Shown here one piece after another: positions 19,564-28,316 of a stretch of DNA of 64,000 nucleotides. Below the pieces are notes generated by a model. It had not been told where the DNA came from. It worked only from the letters and a program-made list of their open reading frames with translations, and did no database searches. A program made the position numbers and the translations under genes. Source of the DNA: an uncultured bacterium (lineage in GTDB: Bacteria > Abyssobacteria > SURF-5); contig CAZSKP010000018.1 in the NCBI GenBank assembly GCA_964607485.1, positions 1 to 64,000 of the forward strand, read 5' to 3'. The stretch's first letter is position 1. The number at the start of each line of letters is the position of its first letter.

Positions 19564-20598
19564 ATGAAAGCTTTGAGACAAACCCGGCGACGGTTTCTCC
19601 AATATCTGACGGCTGTGCCGGCGGGCATATGGACGCTCGCGCGTGGCGCAAGCGCGACAGCCGAGACGCTGGAAAAACGCACATCGGCGTCGGCCTTGGC
19701 GTCTTCGCCTCCGAAGGCGACGGTCGGCATCGCGACAAACGCCGCGGCCGTCGGAGCCGGAGAAACAGTGAACAGGCCCGAGGTGGCGAGGCTGCTGAAC
19801 GCCGCAGTTGCCGCAGCAACGGCAAAGGCCGATGCAAACTCCGCGTGGCGGAGCCTGTTTGCTCCCGACGACATAGTCGGCATAAAGGTGAACTGCCTGG
19901 CGGGTCGGGGTCTGTCCACGCATCCGGAACTCGTCGCCGCCATCGTGGACGCGTTGGCAGGGGCGGGCATCTCGAAAAACAGGATAGTGGTGTGGGACCG
20001 GCTGGAGCGCGAGCTGTGGTCCGTGGGCTTTGCCCAATCCGGTGTGAACGGCGCGAGGGTGCTCGCCACGGATTCGAGGGGCATCGGATATGAGAACAAC
20101 ATAGAGTTCTCGGGTGAGGTCGGTTCCTGCTTCAGCAGAATCATCTCGCGCATGTGCACGGCAATCATAAACGTGCCGGTGTTGAAGGACCACGACCTCG
20201 CCGGCGTGTCGCTGGGGATGAAGAATTTCTACGGAGCCATCCACAATCCCAACAAGTATCACGACAACAATTGCGACCCCTACGTGGCCGACCTGAACGC
20301 CCATCGGTTCATTGCGAAGAAGCTGCGGCTGGTCGTGTGCGACGCTCTGAAGGGGCAGTATCACGGCGGTCCGGCCCCGCGCGCTCAATGGTCGTGGCCG
20401 GCGGCCACGGTGCTGGCAGGATGCGACCCTGTGGCCGTGGACCGAGTCGGGCTGGAAATGATCGAGCAGAAGAGAAAAGAGGCGGGCATGCCGCCGCTGA
20501 AGGAGGTCGGCCGCGAGCCGAAGTATATAAGCACCGCTTCCCGGCACGGCCTGGGGGTCGGCGACATCGGGAGAATTACGAAGGTTGCCGTTTCATAA
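19564..20598 (+). CDS. DUF362 domain protein with Tat signal peptide
   Basis: TRRRFL twin-arginine motif; VGIKVN, INVPVLKDH, SLGMKNFYG, DPVAVD. Confidence 0.8.
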   Translation: MKALRQTRRRFLQYLTAVPAGIWTLARGASATAETLEKRTSASALASSPPKATVGIATNAAAVGAGETVNRPEVARLLNAAVAAATAKADANSAWRSLFAPDDIVGIKVNCLAGRGLSTHPELVAAIVDALAGAGISKNRIVVWDRLERELWSVGFAQSGVNGARVLATDSRGIGYENNIEFSGEVGSCFSRIISRMCTAIINVPVLKDHDLAGVSLGMKNFYGAIHNPNKYHDNNCDPYVADLNAHRFIAKKLRLVVCDALKGQYHGGPAPRAQWSWPAATVLAGCDPVAVDRVGLEMIEQKRKEAGMPPLKEVGREPKYISTASRHGLGVGDIGRITKVAVS

Positions 20599-20612
20599 GA
20601 GAAAAACTAAGC

Positions 20613-21099
20613 TAACCACCAAGGCACAAAGACACCAAGAACACCAAACACAAAAAAGCTCTTAGATGAAAACCTTTGAACCGGTTCCTCCCGAGACTGA
20701 CCGCATAGCGCGATTGATTGTTAATGGAGCGTACAAAGTTCACTCTGCATTGGGACCTGGCCTGCTGGAATCTGTGTATGAAGCTTGTTTGCGTCATGAA
20801 TTAAAGAAGTCTGGCGTCCCGTTTGAGGCACAGGTGAGTGTGCCGGTCATATACGACGAGATTCGCCTGGACGCCGGGCTTCGCCTTGACGTGCTCGTGG
20901 CGGATAGCGTGGTTGTGGAATTGAAGTCAGTGGAAACAATGAATCCCGTTTTTGAAGCTCAAATCTTGACATACTTGAAGCTGACAGGGAAACGGCTCGG
21001 CCTGCTGATCAATTTTAATGTTCCTGCAATCAAAGATGGTATCAAGAGGGTTGTTCTCTGAACTTCGTTTTTCTTGGTGTCTTGGTGCCTTGGTGGTTA
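20613..21099. repeat. 29-bp inverted repeat pair (20613-20641 / 21071-21099) enclosing the GxxExxY gene
   Basis: TAACCACCAAGGCACAAAGACACCAAGAA versus the reverse complement of TTCTTGGTGTCTTGGTGCCTTGGTGGTTA: 28/29 identical. Confidence 0.9.
20666..21061 (+). CDS. GxxExxY protein (PD-(D/E)XK nuclease-like fold)
   Basis: VHSALGPGLLESVYEACL, RLDVLV..VVVELKS, AQILTYLK, GLLINFN. Confidence 0.9.
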   Translation: MKTFEPVPPETDRIARLIVNGAYKVHSALGPGLLESVYEACLRHELKKSGVPFEAQVSVPVIYDEIRLDAGLRLDVLVADSVVVELKSVETMNPVFEAQILTYLKLTGKRLGLLINFNVPAIKDGIKRVVL

Positions 21100-21132
21100 C
21101 ATATTGTTTCCTTTGTACTGGGATGATGTGAA

Positions 21133-22299
21133 ATGGGTAGGTTGACTCGCAGAAGTTTCTTGGTGAAGACCGGCGTCGCGGCAGCCGGCGCAGGGGGAGC
21201 GCTGGCTGCGTATCGCTGGGCACGCAGCAGAAAAGCCGTCGCGCCGTCCGAGGCCGTGGCGAGGGAATACGCCAGCCCCGATCAGTTCGTCCGCGAGGCG
21301 ACGCACTACAAGAAGCTCGACGAGGGGCGGGTGGAATGCGAGGTATGTCCACGCGGATGCAAGGTGGCGCTCAAAGAGCGCGGCTACTGCGGCGTTCGGG
21401 AGAACATCGGGGGGACATACCACACCCTGGTTTACGGCCGGGCCTGTTCGGCCAACGTGGACCCCATCGAAAAGAAGCCCCTCTTTCACTTTCTGCCCGG
21501 GGCAAAGGCCCTTTCGATCGCGACCGCCGGCTGCAACGTGGAGTGCAAGTTCTGCCAGAACTGGGAGATCTCGCAGTTCAGGCCCGAGCAGGTCAGGAGC
21601 ATGGATTTTCCTCCTGAGAGAGTCGTGCGGGAGGCGATGCAGAACGGTATCGAGTCGATCGCATTCACGTACACCGAGCCTGTGGTCTTCTATGAATACA
21701 TGTTTGATACCGCGAAGCTGGCGAAGCAAAAGGGCGTCAAGAGCGTGATGATCTCCAACGGGTACATAAAAGAAGAGCCGATGTCTGAGCTTTGCGAACA
21801 TCTGAGCGCGGTCAAGATCGACTTGAAGGCGTTCACCGAGAAATTTTACGTCGAGCTGTGCAGCGGCAAGCTTCAGCCCGTCCTGGACACGCTGAAGCTG
21901 CTGAAGAAAAAGAAGATGTGGTTCGAGATCGTCGTCCTCGTCATTCCCACGCTGAACGACGGCGAGGATGAGATAACGCGGATGTGCGACTGGGTCTGCG
22001 GCGAGCTCGGTCCGGACGTCCCCGTTCACTTCTCGAGGTTTCATCCGACCTACAAGATAAAAAATCTGCCTCCGACGCCGGTCTCTACGCTTACACGCGC
22101 GCGGGAAATCGCAATGTTGGCGGGCCTCAACTACGTGTATATCGGCAACGTGCCCGGCCATGAAGGAGAGTCCACTTACTGCCCGAATTGTAAGAGGGTG
22201 CTCGTGCACCGCATCGGCTACAACATCATTATGGACGGGATAAAGAAGGGCCGCTGCGTATACTGCAACAGGCGTATCGCGGGCATTTGGGAAGCCTGA
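21133..22299 (+). CDS. amrS: AmmeMemoRadiSam system radical SAM enzyme with Tat-like N-terminus
   Basis: CEVCPRGC..GYCGVREN, DPIEKKPLFHF, GCNVECKFCQNW, FTYTEP, YVYIGNV, C-terminal CxxC...CxxC; TRRSFL at the N-terminus. Confidence 0.85.
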   Translation: MGRLTRRSFLVKTGVAAAGAGGALAAYRWARSRKAVAPSEAVAREYASPDQFVREATHYKKLDEGRVECEVCPRGCKVALKERGYCGVRENIGGTYHTLVYGRACSANVDPIEKKPLFHFLPGAKALSIATAGCNVECKFCQNWEISQFRPEQVRSMDFPPERVVREAMQNGIESIAFTYTEPVVFYEYMFDTAKLAKQKGVKSVMISNGYIKEEPMSELCEHLSAVKIDLKAFTEKFYVELCSGKLQPVLDTLKLLKKKKMWFEIVVLVIPTLNDGEDEITRMCDWVCGELGPDVPVHFSRFHPTYKIKNLPPTPVSTLTRAREIAMLAGLNYVYIGNVPGHEGESTYCPNCKRVLVHRIGYNIIMDGIKKGRCVYCNRRIAGIWEA

Positions 22300-22329
22300 A
22301 CTCCGGCCGGCCTGCGGCCACAAGCGTTC

Positions 22330-24684
22330 CTACTTCGCCACACCATCGGTTCGCACCGCCTCCCTGTCCTCCTCTGCTTCCTCACGCAGAAAGACGGTTC
22401 CCTCACCTCCCCCGTGCCTGAACGGAACCGGAAAGATGGCGAAGATTGTCGGAAGAAATATCAGCGTCAGAATCAAGCAGCTCACCATCGTGAAACAGAT
22501 GAGCACTCCGAGGCTTCGCACCGGCGAAAAACCCGAGAAGATGAAGGTCATAAATCCCAGAATGTTTGACGTGGCGTCGAAAACAATCGCGCGTCCGGCT
22601 CCGAGCATCGTCGTGCGCATGGCTTCTTCGATTCGACTCGTGCGGAGCGATTCCCGCTTCAACCGGGTGATGAAATGGATCGCAAAATCCACCCCAACCC
22701 CGACGGAAACACCGGTGAGGACCGCCGTGGCCATATCCAGCCGGATTCCGAGATGTCCCATGAGGCCGAACGTCGCGAGTGTGGCGATAGACAGCGGGAC
22801 GACGCTTACGAAACCAAGCCTGACGGAGCGGAAGACGACGGCGCATATGGCCCAGATGAGAAAGCAGTTTACGATGATGTTTATGATCTTGCCCCGAATT
22901 ATGTAATGGTTCTGTGCTATCCATATCATGCTTCGACCGCCGAAGTTGGCCCGCAAACCGCCCTTCAGGTTGTGCCCGCAATAAGAGACCAGCCGCCGAT
23001 AAATCTCTTCCAGTTGCGTGCTGTCGATTGCCGTCGTCATGATCGCCACTTTGCATCTTTGGATATCGTAATCCACCATGCTCTCGACCTGGACGGGGTC
23101 GCGGGTGAGCGAGTATATGAGAAGCAACTGGGCAACCATTGGCTCGTTGTCGGGAACCGCGTAGAACGTTGGGTCGTCCTCATTCAATATTCGGTTCATC
23201 CTCTTGACGATGTTGACCATCGAGGTCGTGCATTTGACCTTCGGCAGGCCCTCGGCGAATTGCTGAAACGCGTCTATCTGCTTCAGCGCGGCGGGCGACT
23301 TCAGCCCGTCCGGCTTATCCGCCGTGAACATGACGTTCAGATGATATGGCCCATAGAATTCCTTGACGAAGAGCGAGATAACGTCGCGCGCCCGATGATG
23401 GGGCGGAAAGATCTCTTCCGGCGCGACCCCGACCCTTATCCTCGAAATGCCCACTCCCGATACGACCAGAATGAGGATAACGGTTCCGGCGACGGCGTAT
23501 CTGTGTCTCAGCCCAAGGTCTGCGAAGCCGTCGAGGATCCTGTCAAGAAAGCCGAATTTCCTCGGGCGTCCGGCAGGAAACACCCCCTTCTGCAAGACCA
23601 CGACCGCGGGCAATAGCACGAGCGAGAGAAACGCCGCAAACCCCACTCCGACGGCGACGCTGATTCCGAATTCCCTTATGGAGAGGATCTTGAATACAAC
23701 GAGCGTGGCGAACCCGACCATGGATGTGGCCGCGGCGAGCAGGATGGGCGTGCTCATTTTTCTCACGCCTGACGCCACGCCGGCCGTCTGGCCGAGTCTT
23801 TCGCTTTCCTCCCTGCAGGCGTAAATCACGTGGATCGCGTACGAGCTGCCCAGCGCTATGAGAACGGCAGGCATCGAGGCGCTGAGTATCGAAAGAGGAA
23901 ACCCGAAGTAGTACATTATGCCCATAGTCCACACAATGCACGTGACGATTATGAGCACCGGCCCCACGGTGAGCCTGACCGAGCGAAAGAAGGCGAACAT
24001 CCCCAATGCCATGAGCAACAGCGCCGCGGGTCCCAATATCCTTGCGTCGCGCCCGATGCCTATGTTGGCTTCCTCGTTCATTATCTGGTAGCCGAAGGGG
24101 TAGATGCGTTCCGGCCCTGAATACTTGTCGGCGATGGCGTGGAGCGAGCGATACAATCCGCGTTGGTCGTAACCGGGGCTGAGTTTGATCGCGAGCAGAG
24201 TGGAAGTCTCATCCGTCGATATCAGTCGGCCATAGACGTCATCGTCGAGCCGAATGTCCTGTCGGAGGCGCTCGACCTGTTCGGGAGTGCTGGGAATGGA
24301 GGAGAGGTACTTGCGCACGTCGAGGCCCCAATCCCGCCATTTCACACGCCTCACGGTCGCCAAGCTGAGGGTTTCCTCCTTCCTCACGTTTTCCAGAGAA
24401 TTGAGCTCCTGCGTGATGGCCTGTATCTTTGCCAACGTGGATGGACGGTAGATAGTGTCGCTCACCAGGGCGAGGTAGGCGGATTCGTCCTTGCCGAAGT
24501 AGGCCGAATATCGCTCGTTTGCCCGAAGGACGGGGTCGTTCGCAGGGAGGTCGCCCTCAAAAAACGGGCGCATCGTGAGGTTCGGAATGCCCGCGGCGAG
24601 AATGATCGTGAACACGATCGAGAACGCCAGAATGATCAGTGGATGCTCGACGGCCAGGTTTGTCAGCAGGGAGAATTTTCGCAT
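22330..24684 (-). CDS. MMPL/RND-family membrane exporter
   Basis: Two repeats of TM plus large loop plus 5 TM; ALGSSYAIH and GVGVDFAIH RND motifs; TSMVGF. Confidence 0.88.
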   Translation of the reverse strand: MRKFSLLTNLAVEHPLIILAFSIVFTIILAAGIPNLTMRPFFEGDLPANDPVLRANERYSAYFGKDESAYLALVSDTIYRPSTLAKIQAITQELNSLENVRKEETLSLATVRRVKWRDWGLDVRKYLSSIPSTPEQVERLRQDIRLDDDVYGRLISTDETSTLLAIKLSPGYDQRGLYRSLHAIADKYSGPERIYPFGYQIMNEEANIGIGRDARILGPAALLLMALGMFAFFRSVRLTVGPVLIIVTCIVWTMGIMYYFGFPLSILSASMPAVLIALGSSYAIHVIYACREESERLGQTAGVASGVRKMSTPILLAAATSMVGFATLVVFKILSIREFGISVAVGVGFAAFLSLVLLPAVVVLQKGVFPAGRPRKFGFLDRILDGFADLGLRHRYAVAGTVILILVVSGVGISRIRVGVAPEEIFPPHHRARDVISLFVKEFYGPYHLNVMFTADKPDGLKSPAALKQIDAFQQFAEGLPKVKCTTSMVNIVKRMNRILNEDDPTFYAVPDNEPMVAQLLLIYSLTRDPVQVESMVDYDIQRCKVAIMTTAIDSTQLEEIYRRLVSYCGHNLKGGLRANFGGRSMIWIAQNHYIIRGKIINIIVNCFLIWAICAVVFRSVRLGFVSVVPLSIATLATFGLMGHLGIRLDMATAVLTGVSVGVGVDFAIHFITRLKRESLRTSRIEEAMRTTMLGAGRAIVFDATSNILGFMTFIFSGFSPVRSLGVLICFTMVSCLILTLIFLPTIFAIFPVPFRHGGGEGTVFLREEAEEDREAVRTDGVAK

Positions 24685-24690
24685 CGGGAA

Positions 24691-26286
24691 TTACGGGCTT
24701 GCGAGGGCCAGGTTGACCGCCCGCTTGAAGTCGTCCATTGCGAACGGCTTGGTGATGTACTGACACCCGGTGCTTTCAAGAAATGATTTTATCTCGGGCA
24801 CAAAGATGTCGCCCGTCATGAAGATGACCCTTCCCTGAAGCTCACCTCGGTTTTCGACCAGCCACCGGTAAAGCTCGACACCGTTGAGACCGGGCATCCT
24901 GCAGTCGATTATCAGCAGGTCATACTTTTTCTTGAGCAGCCAGGTCATGGCCTCCTCTCCGTTTTGCACTGCCGTAACATGGTGCTCCGCCCTGAGTATG
25001 TCGCTGATAGCCGACCTGCAATCGGGGTCGTCCTCGGCCACGAGCACGTGGCGCCTCTCCCCGTCGGCGGGGACAAGCGTAAGCGCCTCCTTCTCACCGT
25101 CCTCGTTGGCGACCGTCGTTATCGGCAGTCTGATGGTGAATGTCGTGCCCTTGCCCTCCTTGCTTTGCACGGAAATTTCTCCACGGTGCGCGCGTATGAG
25201 GCCGTGCGAGACGCTGAGGCCGAGACCGGTTCCACCGCTTCCCTTCGTGGAGAAGAAGGGGTCGAATATCTTAAGCAGATGTTCCTCGGGTATTCCGCAG
25301 CCGGTGTCCGAGATGGTGAACACGATGTCATTGCGCTTGCGGATCGAGCGTATCGTCAGCTTTCCTCCCGCCGGCTGCATGGCTTGAAAGGCGTTGTTTA
25401 TCGTGTTGAGAAACACCTGTGCTATCTGTTTCTCGTCGGCCATGGTCAGGGGTACCTGGTCATCGAGTCGAACGTCCACCACAACATTGCTTGCCTTGAT
25501 CCTGTAGTCGAGCAGCGCCAGAGTGTCCATCATCGTGACGTTCAGATCGACAGGGTCGCGCGTCGTGCTCGACGGACGGGCGAAGTTCAACAGCGAGCTC
25601 ACAACCGAGGCGGCGCCCGAGGCGGACTTCTCTATGGTGTCGATGTACCGGAGAATTCCGTCGGGAAAGTCCTGTTCCTTCAACAACTGGGCATATGCCA
25701 GCACGGGGAGCAGCTTGTTGTTCAGCTCGTGCGCCACCCCGGCGACGAGTTCTCCGAGCGAAGCCAGCTTCTCGGAGCGAACCAGTTGCTCATGAGTTTC
25801 CTTGAGCTTCGCATTGGCCTCTTCCAGTTCCGCGGTCCGCTCGCATACCTTTTCTTCGAGCTGCTTATAGAAACGCTCCTTCTCCTGTTCCATTTGCTGC
25901 TTCAGAGATGCGCACTCGAGCACGAGGCGGCGGTTTTCGACTCCGCGCTCGGCGATGAGCTTTATTTCATCCACGTCGAATGGTTTTGTCACATATTCGA
26001 AGGCGCCGTGTTTCATCGCATCGACGGCATTCTTCACGGTGCGCGTCGCGGTCACGATAACCACTTCGGGCGGCCGGTCGCTCGCCCTGATTATCTTCAG
26101 GGCTTCCAGGCCCGACATGCCGGGCATAAGGATATCCAGAAACACGATGTCGGCGTCGTTCTGCTTCAAGTGCTCAAGCCCCGCCTCGGCCGAGTCCATG
26201 AGGGTGACGTCGTAGCTGTCCTTCAAGATGATGCGAATTGCCTCGCGCACGCTCAGTTCGTCATCAACCACGAGAATCTTATGCAT
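24691..26286 (-). CDS. Hybrid histidine kinase REC-HisKA-HATPase-REC
   Basis: LVVDD..FLDILMP receiver; VAHELNN H-box; FDPFFSTK, GTGLGL; C-terminal receiver VAEDD..IIDCRMP. Confidence 0.9.
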   Translation of the reverse strand: MHKILVVDDELSVREAIRIILKDSYDVTLMDSAEAGLEHLKQNDADIVFLDILMPGMSGLEALKIIRASDRPPEVVIVTATRTVKNAVDAMKHGAFEYVTKPFDVDEIKLIAERGVENRRLVLECASLKQQMEQEKERFYKQLEEKVCERTAELEEANAKLKETHEQLVRSEKLASLGELVAGVAHELNNKLLPVLAYAQLLKEQDFPDGILRYIDTIEKSASGAASVVSSLLNFARPSSTTRDPVDLNVTMMDTLALLDYRIKASNVVVDVRLDDQVPLTMADEKQIAQVFLNTINNAFQAMQPAGGKLTIRSIRKRNDIVFTISDTGCGIPEEHLLKIFDPFFSTKGSGGTGLGLSVSHGLIRAHRGEISVQSKEGKGTTFTIRLPITTVANEDGEKEALTLVPADGERRHVLVAEDDPDCRSAISDILRAEHHVTAVQNGEEAMTWLLKKKYDLLIIDCRMPGLNGVELYRWLVENRGELQGRVIFMTGDIFVPEIKSFLESTGCQYITKPFAMDDFKRAVNLALASP

Positions 26287-26287
26287 T

Positions 26288-28315
26288 TTACGATGCCCCT
26301 TGCGGTAAAACTATCTTCACCTCGGTTCCTTTGTTTGGCTCGCTCGATACGAAGATGTCCCCGCTGTGCTCCCTGACTATCCGCCGCGAGATAGCGAGGC
26401 CCAAGCCCATTCCTTTCACCTTGCTCGTGTGGAACGGTTTGAACAAGTTCGGCATCTCCTCGGGGGAGATGCCGGTGCCGGTGTCGGATATCGAAATTTC
26501 CGCGACCATGCCGGGCGGAATGCCGTTTTCCTGTCCCACGAGTTGGGGATCGGGATAGCGCCCGGCCTTCGTGGAAACGGTGAGCGTGCCCCCGGAGGGC
26601 ATGGCCTCCAGCGCGTTGCGGAGTATTTGCGCCAGCGCTTCGCTCATCAGACTCCTGTCGAACGGAAGCCGGCCGTTAGCTATCTCGAAATTCTTCTTCA
26701 TCGTGATGTTCTGCGACTGTGCGGTTTCCAGTATCCCGTCGATGCCTTCTTCGAGCAGTGAATGTATGTCCCCCAGCTCGGGTCGCGTCTCGAGCGGCTG
26801 CGAGAATGTCAGCAGTCGTTCGACGACCGAATCGAGCTTATCGATTTCTTTAAGCGCTATCTCGGAGAATTCGTCGCGGAACTTCTCGTCGGCGTAGCTT
26901 TCGGGGAACAGTTGAGTAAACGTTCGGATCGCCACCAGCGGATTCTTTATCTCCTGCGCCATGCAGAGCGCGCAACGCTGCCAGGCATCGTCGATGTCTT
27001 CGGCCGGGCGTTTGACCGTGGACAGGTCGGTGAACAGTATCACCGCTCCGATCGGTTGGCCGCCGGTATCGGTCAGCAAAGAGGTGGTTATCCCCAGGAG
27101 CAGTTTGGTCGCCGGGTCGATAACCTCCTGGCGGCAGAAGGACTTTTCCTGACGCAGCGTTCGGAACACGATGTCGGCAAACACCGAGCCCACCCGCTGA
27201 ACGTTTTGGCCCATCACCTCGGAGGCTTTCAAGCCCAATATTTGTTCGGCCGCCTTGTTAAGTATGATGAGGCGCCCGTCCGAATCCGTCGCCATCAACC
27301 CGGAGGTGACGCCCTGGAGGATTTCCTCGAAGCGTTCCTTTTGGACGAAGACGGCGCGATGCTGTTTGGCATTCTCGATGATTGCGGCTATTTGCTGGGA
27401 GAGGAGGTACAAGAACTCCAACTCCGTGTCGGACAGCCGCTTGCCCGTCACCTTCCTCCCCAACACCAGCGCGCCTATCAATCGGCCCTTTGCAGCCAGC
27501 GGCACGCATATTCGCGCCTGCAGCAGGCTGAGTTCTTTCCTCACGGGCAGCATCTCATCGAGGTCGTGGCGCGCGTCGGGGTCGTCGAGATTGAGTATCT
27601 GGTCGTATTTTCTCAACCATGAGACCAGGCTGGTCCATGGAACCGTCCGATACCCGTTGAGCGCGGACGTGTCGATCCCGACGGCGGCCGTCATCCGCAT
27701 CTGCAGCTTGTCCTCGCTGTGAAGAAGCAGCGCGGCCCTGTTTACGGCAAACATTTCCACGACGGCATCGAGCACCAGCGCGTGAAGCCGGTCGGGCGCA
27801 GACACGTCGGCCACCGCTTTCAGGAATTTGCGGAGCGAGTCGAGCATTTCGCTTCTTTGGGTGACCGCGCGTTCGTCCGGGGGCGTCCCTAGCGGAACCG
27901 ATCGCCCCGGCGCTTGAGCCGGAGCTTCTTTGAAGGCGGCCAGCCTCTGTATGAGCCTTGCCCTCTCGAGCGCGCGAGTGGTCGCCGCGAGGAGGGCCTC
28001 TTTGTCGAACGGCTTGGCTACTATATCGTATACACCCTTCGCCCTCATCTCACGCGTCATATCGGAGCGGGTCTGTACGGCGAGCATGATGCAGGTCAGG
28101 TCGGGACAGAGGGACCGCAGACGTTGGAAGACCGAGGCGCAGTCGGTATTCTCCAGGAATTCATCCAATATGACGAGGTCGACCGGCTGTTCGACGACCG
28201 CGTTCAACAACTGGGGAAGCGTGCCCGCCGACACCAGCATGTGTTCATCACCGAGCAACATCCGGAGGGATTCCTGGATGCTGTCCTCGCTCGAGGCAAC
28301 GACTATCACATCCAT
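26288..28315 (-). CDS. REC-GAF-PAS-HisKA-HATPase protein with degenerate H-box (pseudo-histidine kinase)
   Basis: Atypical receiver; GAF; PAS; MAQEIKNPL in place of MAHEIKNPL; intact NALEA, DTGTGI, GMGLGL. Confidence 0.85.
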   Translation of the reverse strand: MDVIVVASSEDSIQESLRMLLGDEHMLVSAGTLPQLLNAVVEQPVDLVILDEFLENTDCASVFQRLRSLCPDLTCIMLAVQTRSDMTREMRAKGVYDIVAKPFDKEALLAATTRALERARLIQRLAAFKEAPAQAPGRSVPLGTPPDERAVTQRSEMLDSLRKFLKAVADVSAPDRLHALVLDAVVEMFAVNRAALLLHSEDKLQMRMTAAVGIDTSALNGYRTVPWTSLVSWLRKYDQILNLDDPDARHDLDEMLPVRKELSLLQARICVPLAAKGRLIGALVLGRKVTGKRLSDTELEFLYLLSQQIAAIIENAKQHRAVFVQKERFEEILQGVTSGLMATDSDGRLIILNKAAEQILGLKASEVMGQNVQRVGSVFADIVFRTLRQEKSFCRQEVIDPATKLLLGITTSLLTDTGGQPIGAVILFTDLSTVKRPAEDIDDAWQRCALCMAQEIKNPLVAIRTFTQLFPESYADEKFRDEFSEIALKEIDKLDSVVERLLTFSQPLETRPELGDIHSLLEEGIDGILETAQSQNITMKKNFEIANGRLPFDRSLMSEALAQILRNALEAMPSGGTLTVSTKAGRYPDPQLVGQENGIPPGMVAEISISDTGTGISPEEMPNLFKPFHTSKVKGMGLGLAISRRIVREHSGDIFVSSEPNKGTEVKIVLPQGAS

Positions 28316-28316
28316 G

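Noticed and set aside
19485-19570. CTCCGAG...GCCTCCC in the DUF362 leader, reminiscent of the Moco/Wco RNA motif
   Set aside because: The closing GGAAAGGAG strand and internal stems are missing, so it is too weak without an Rfam scan.
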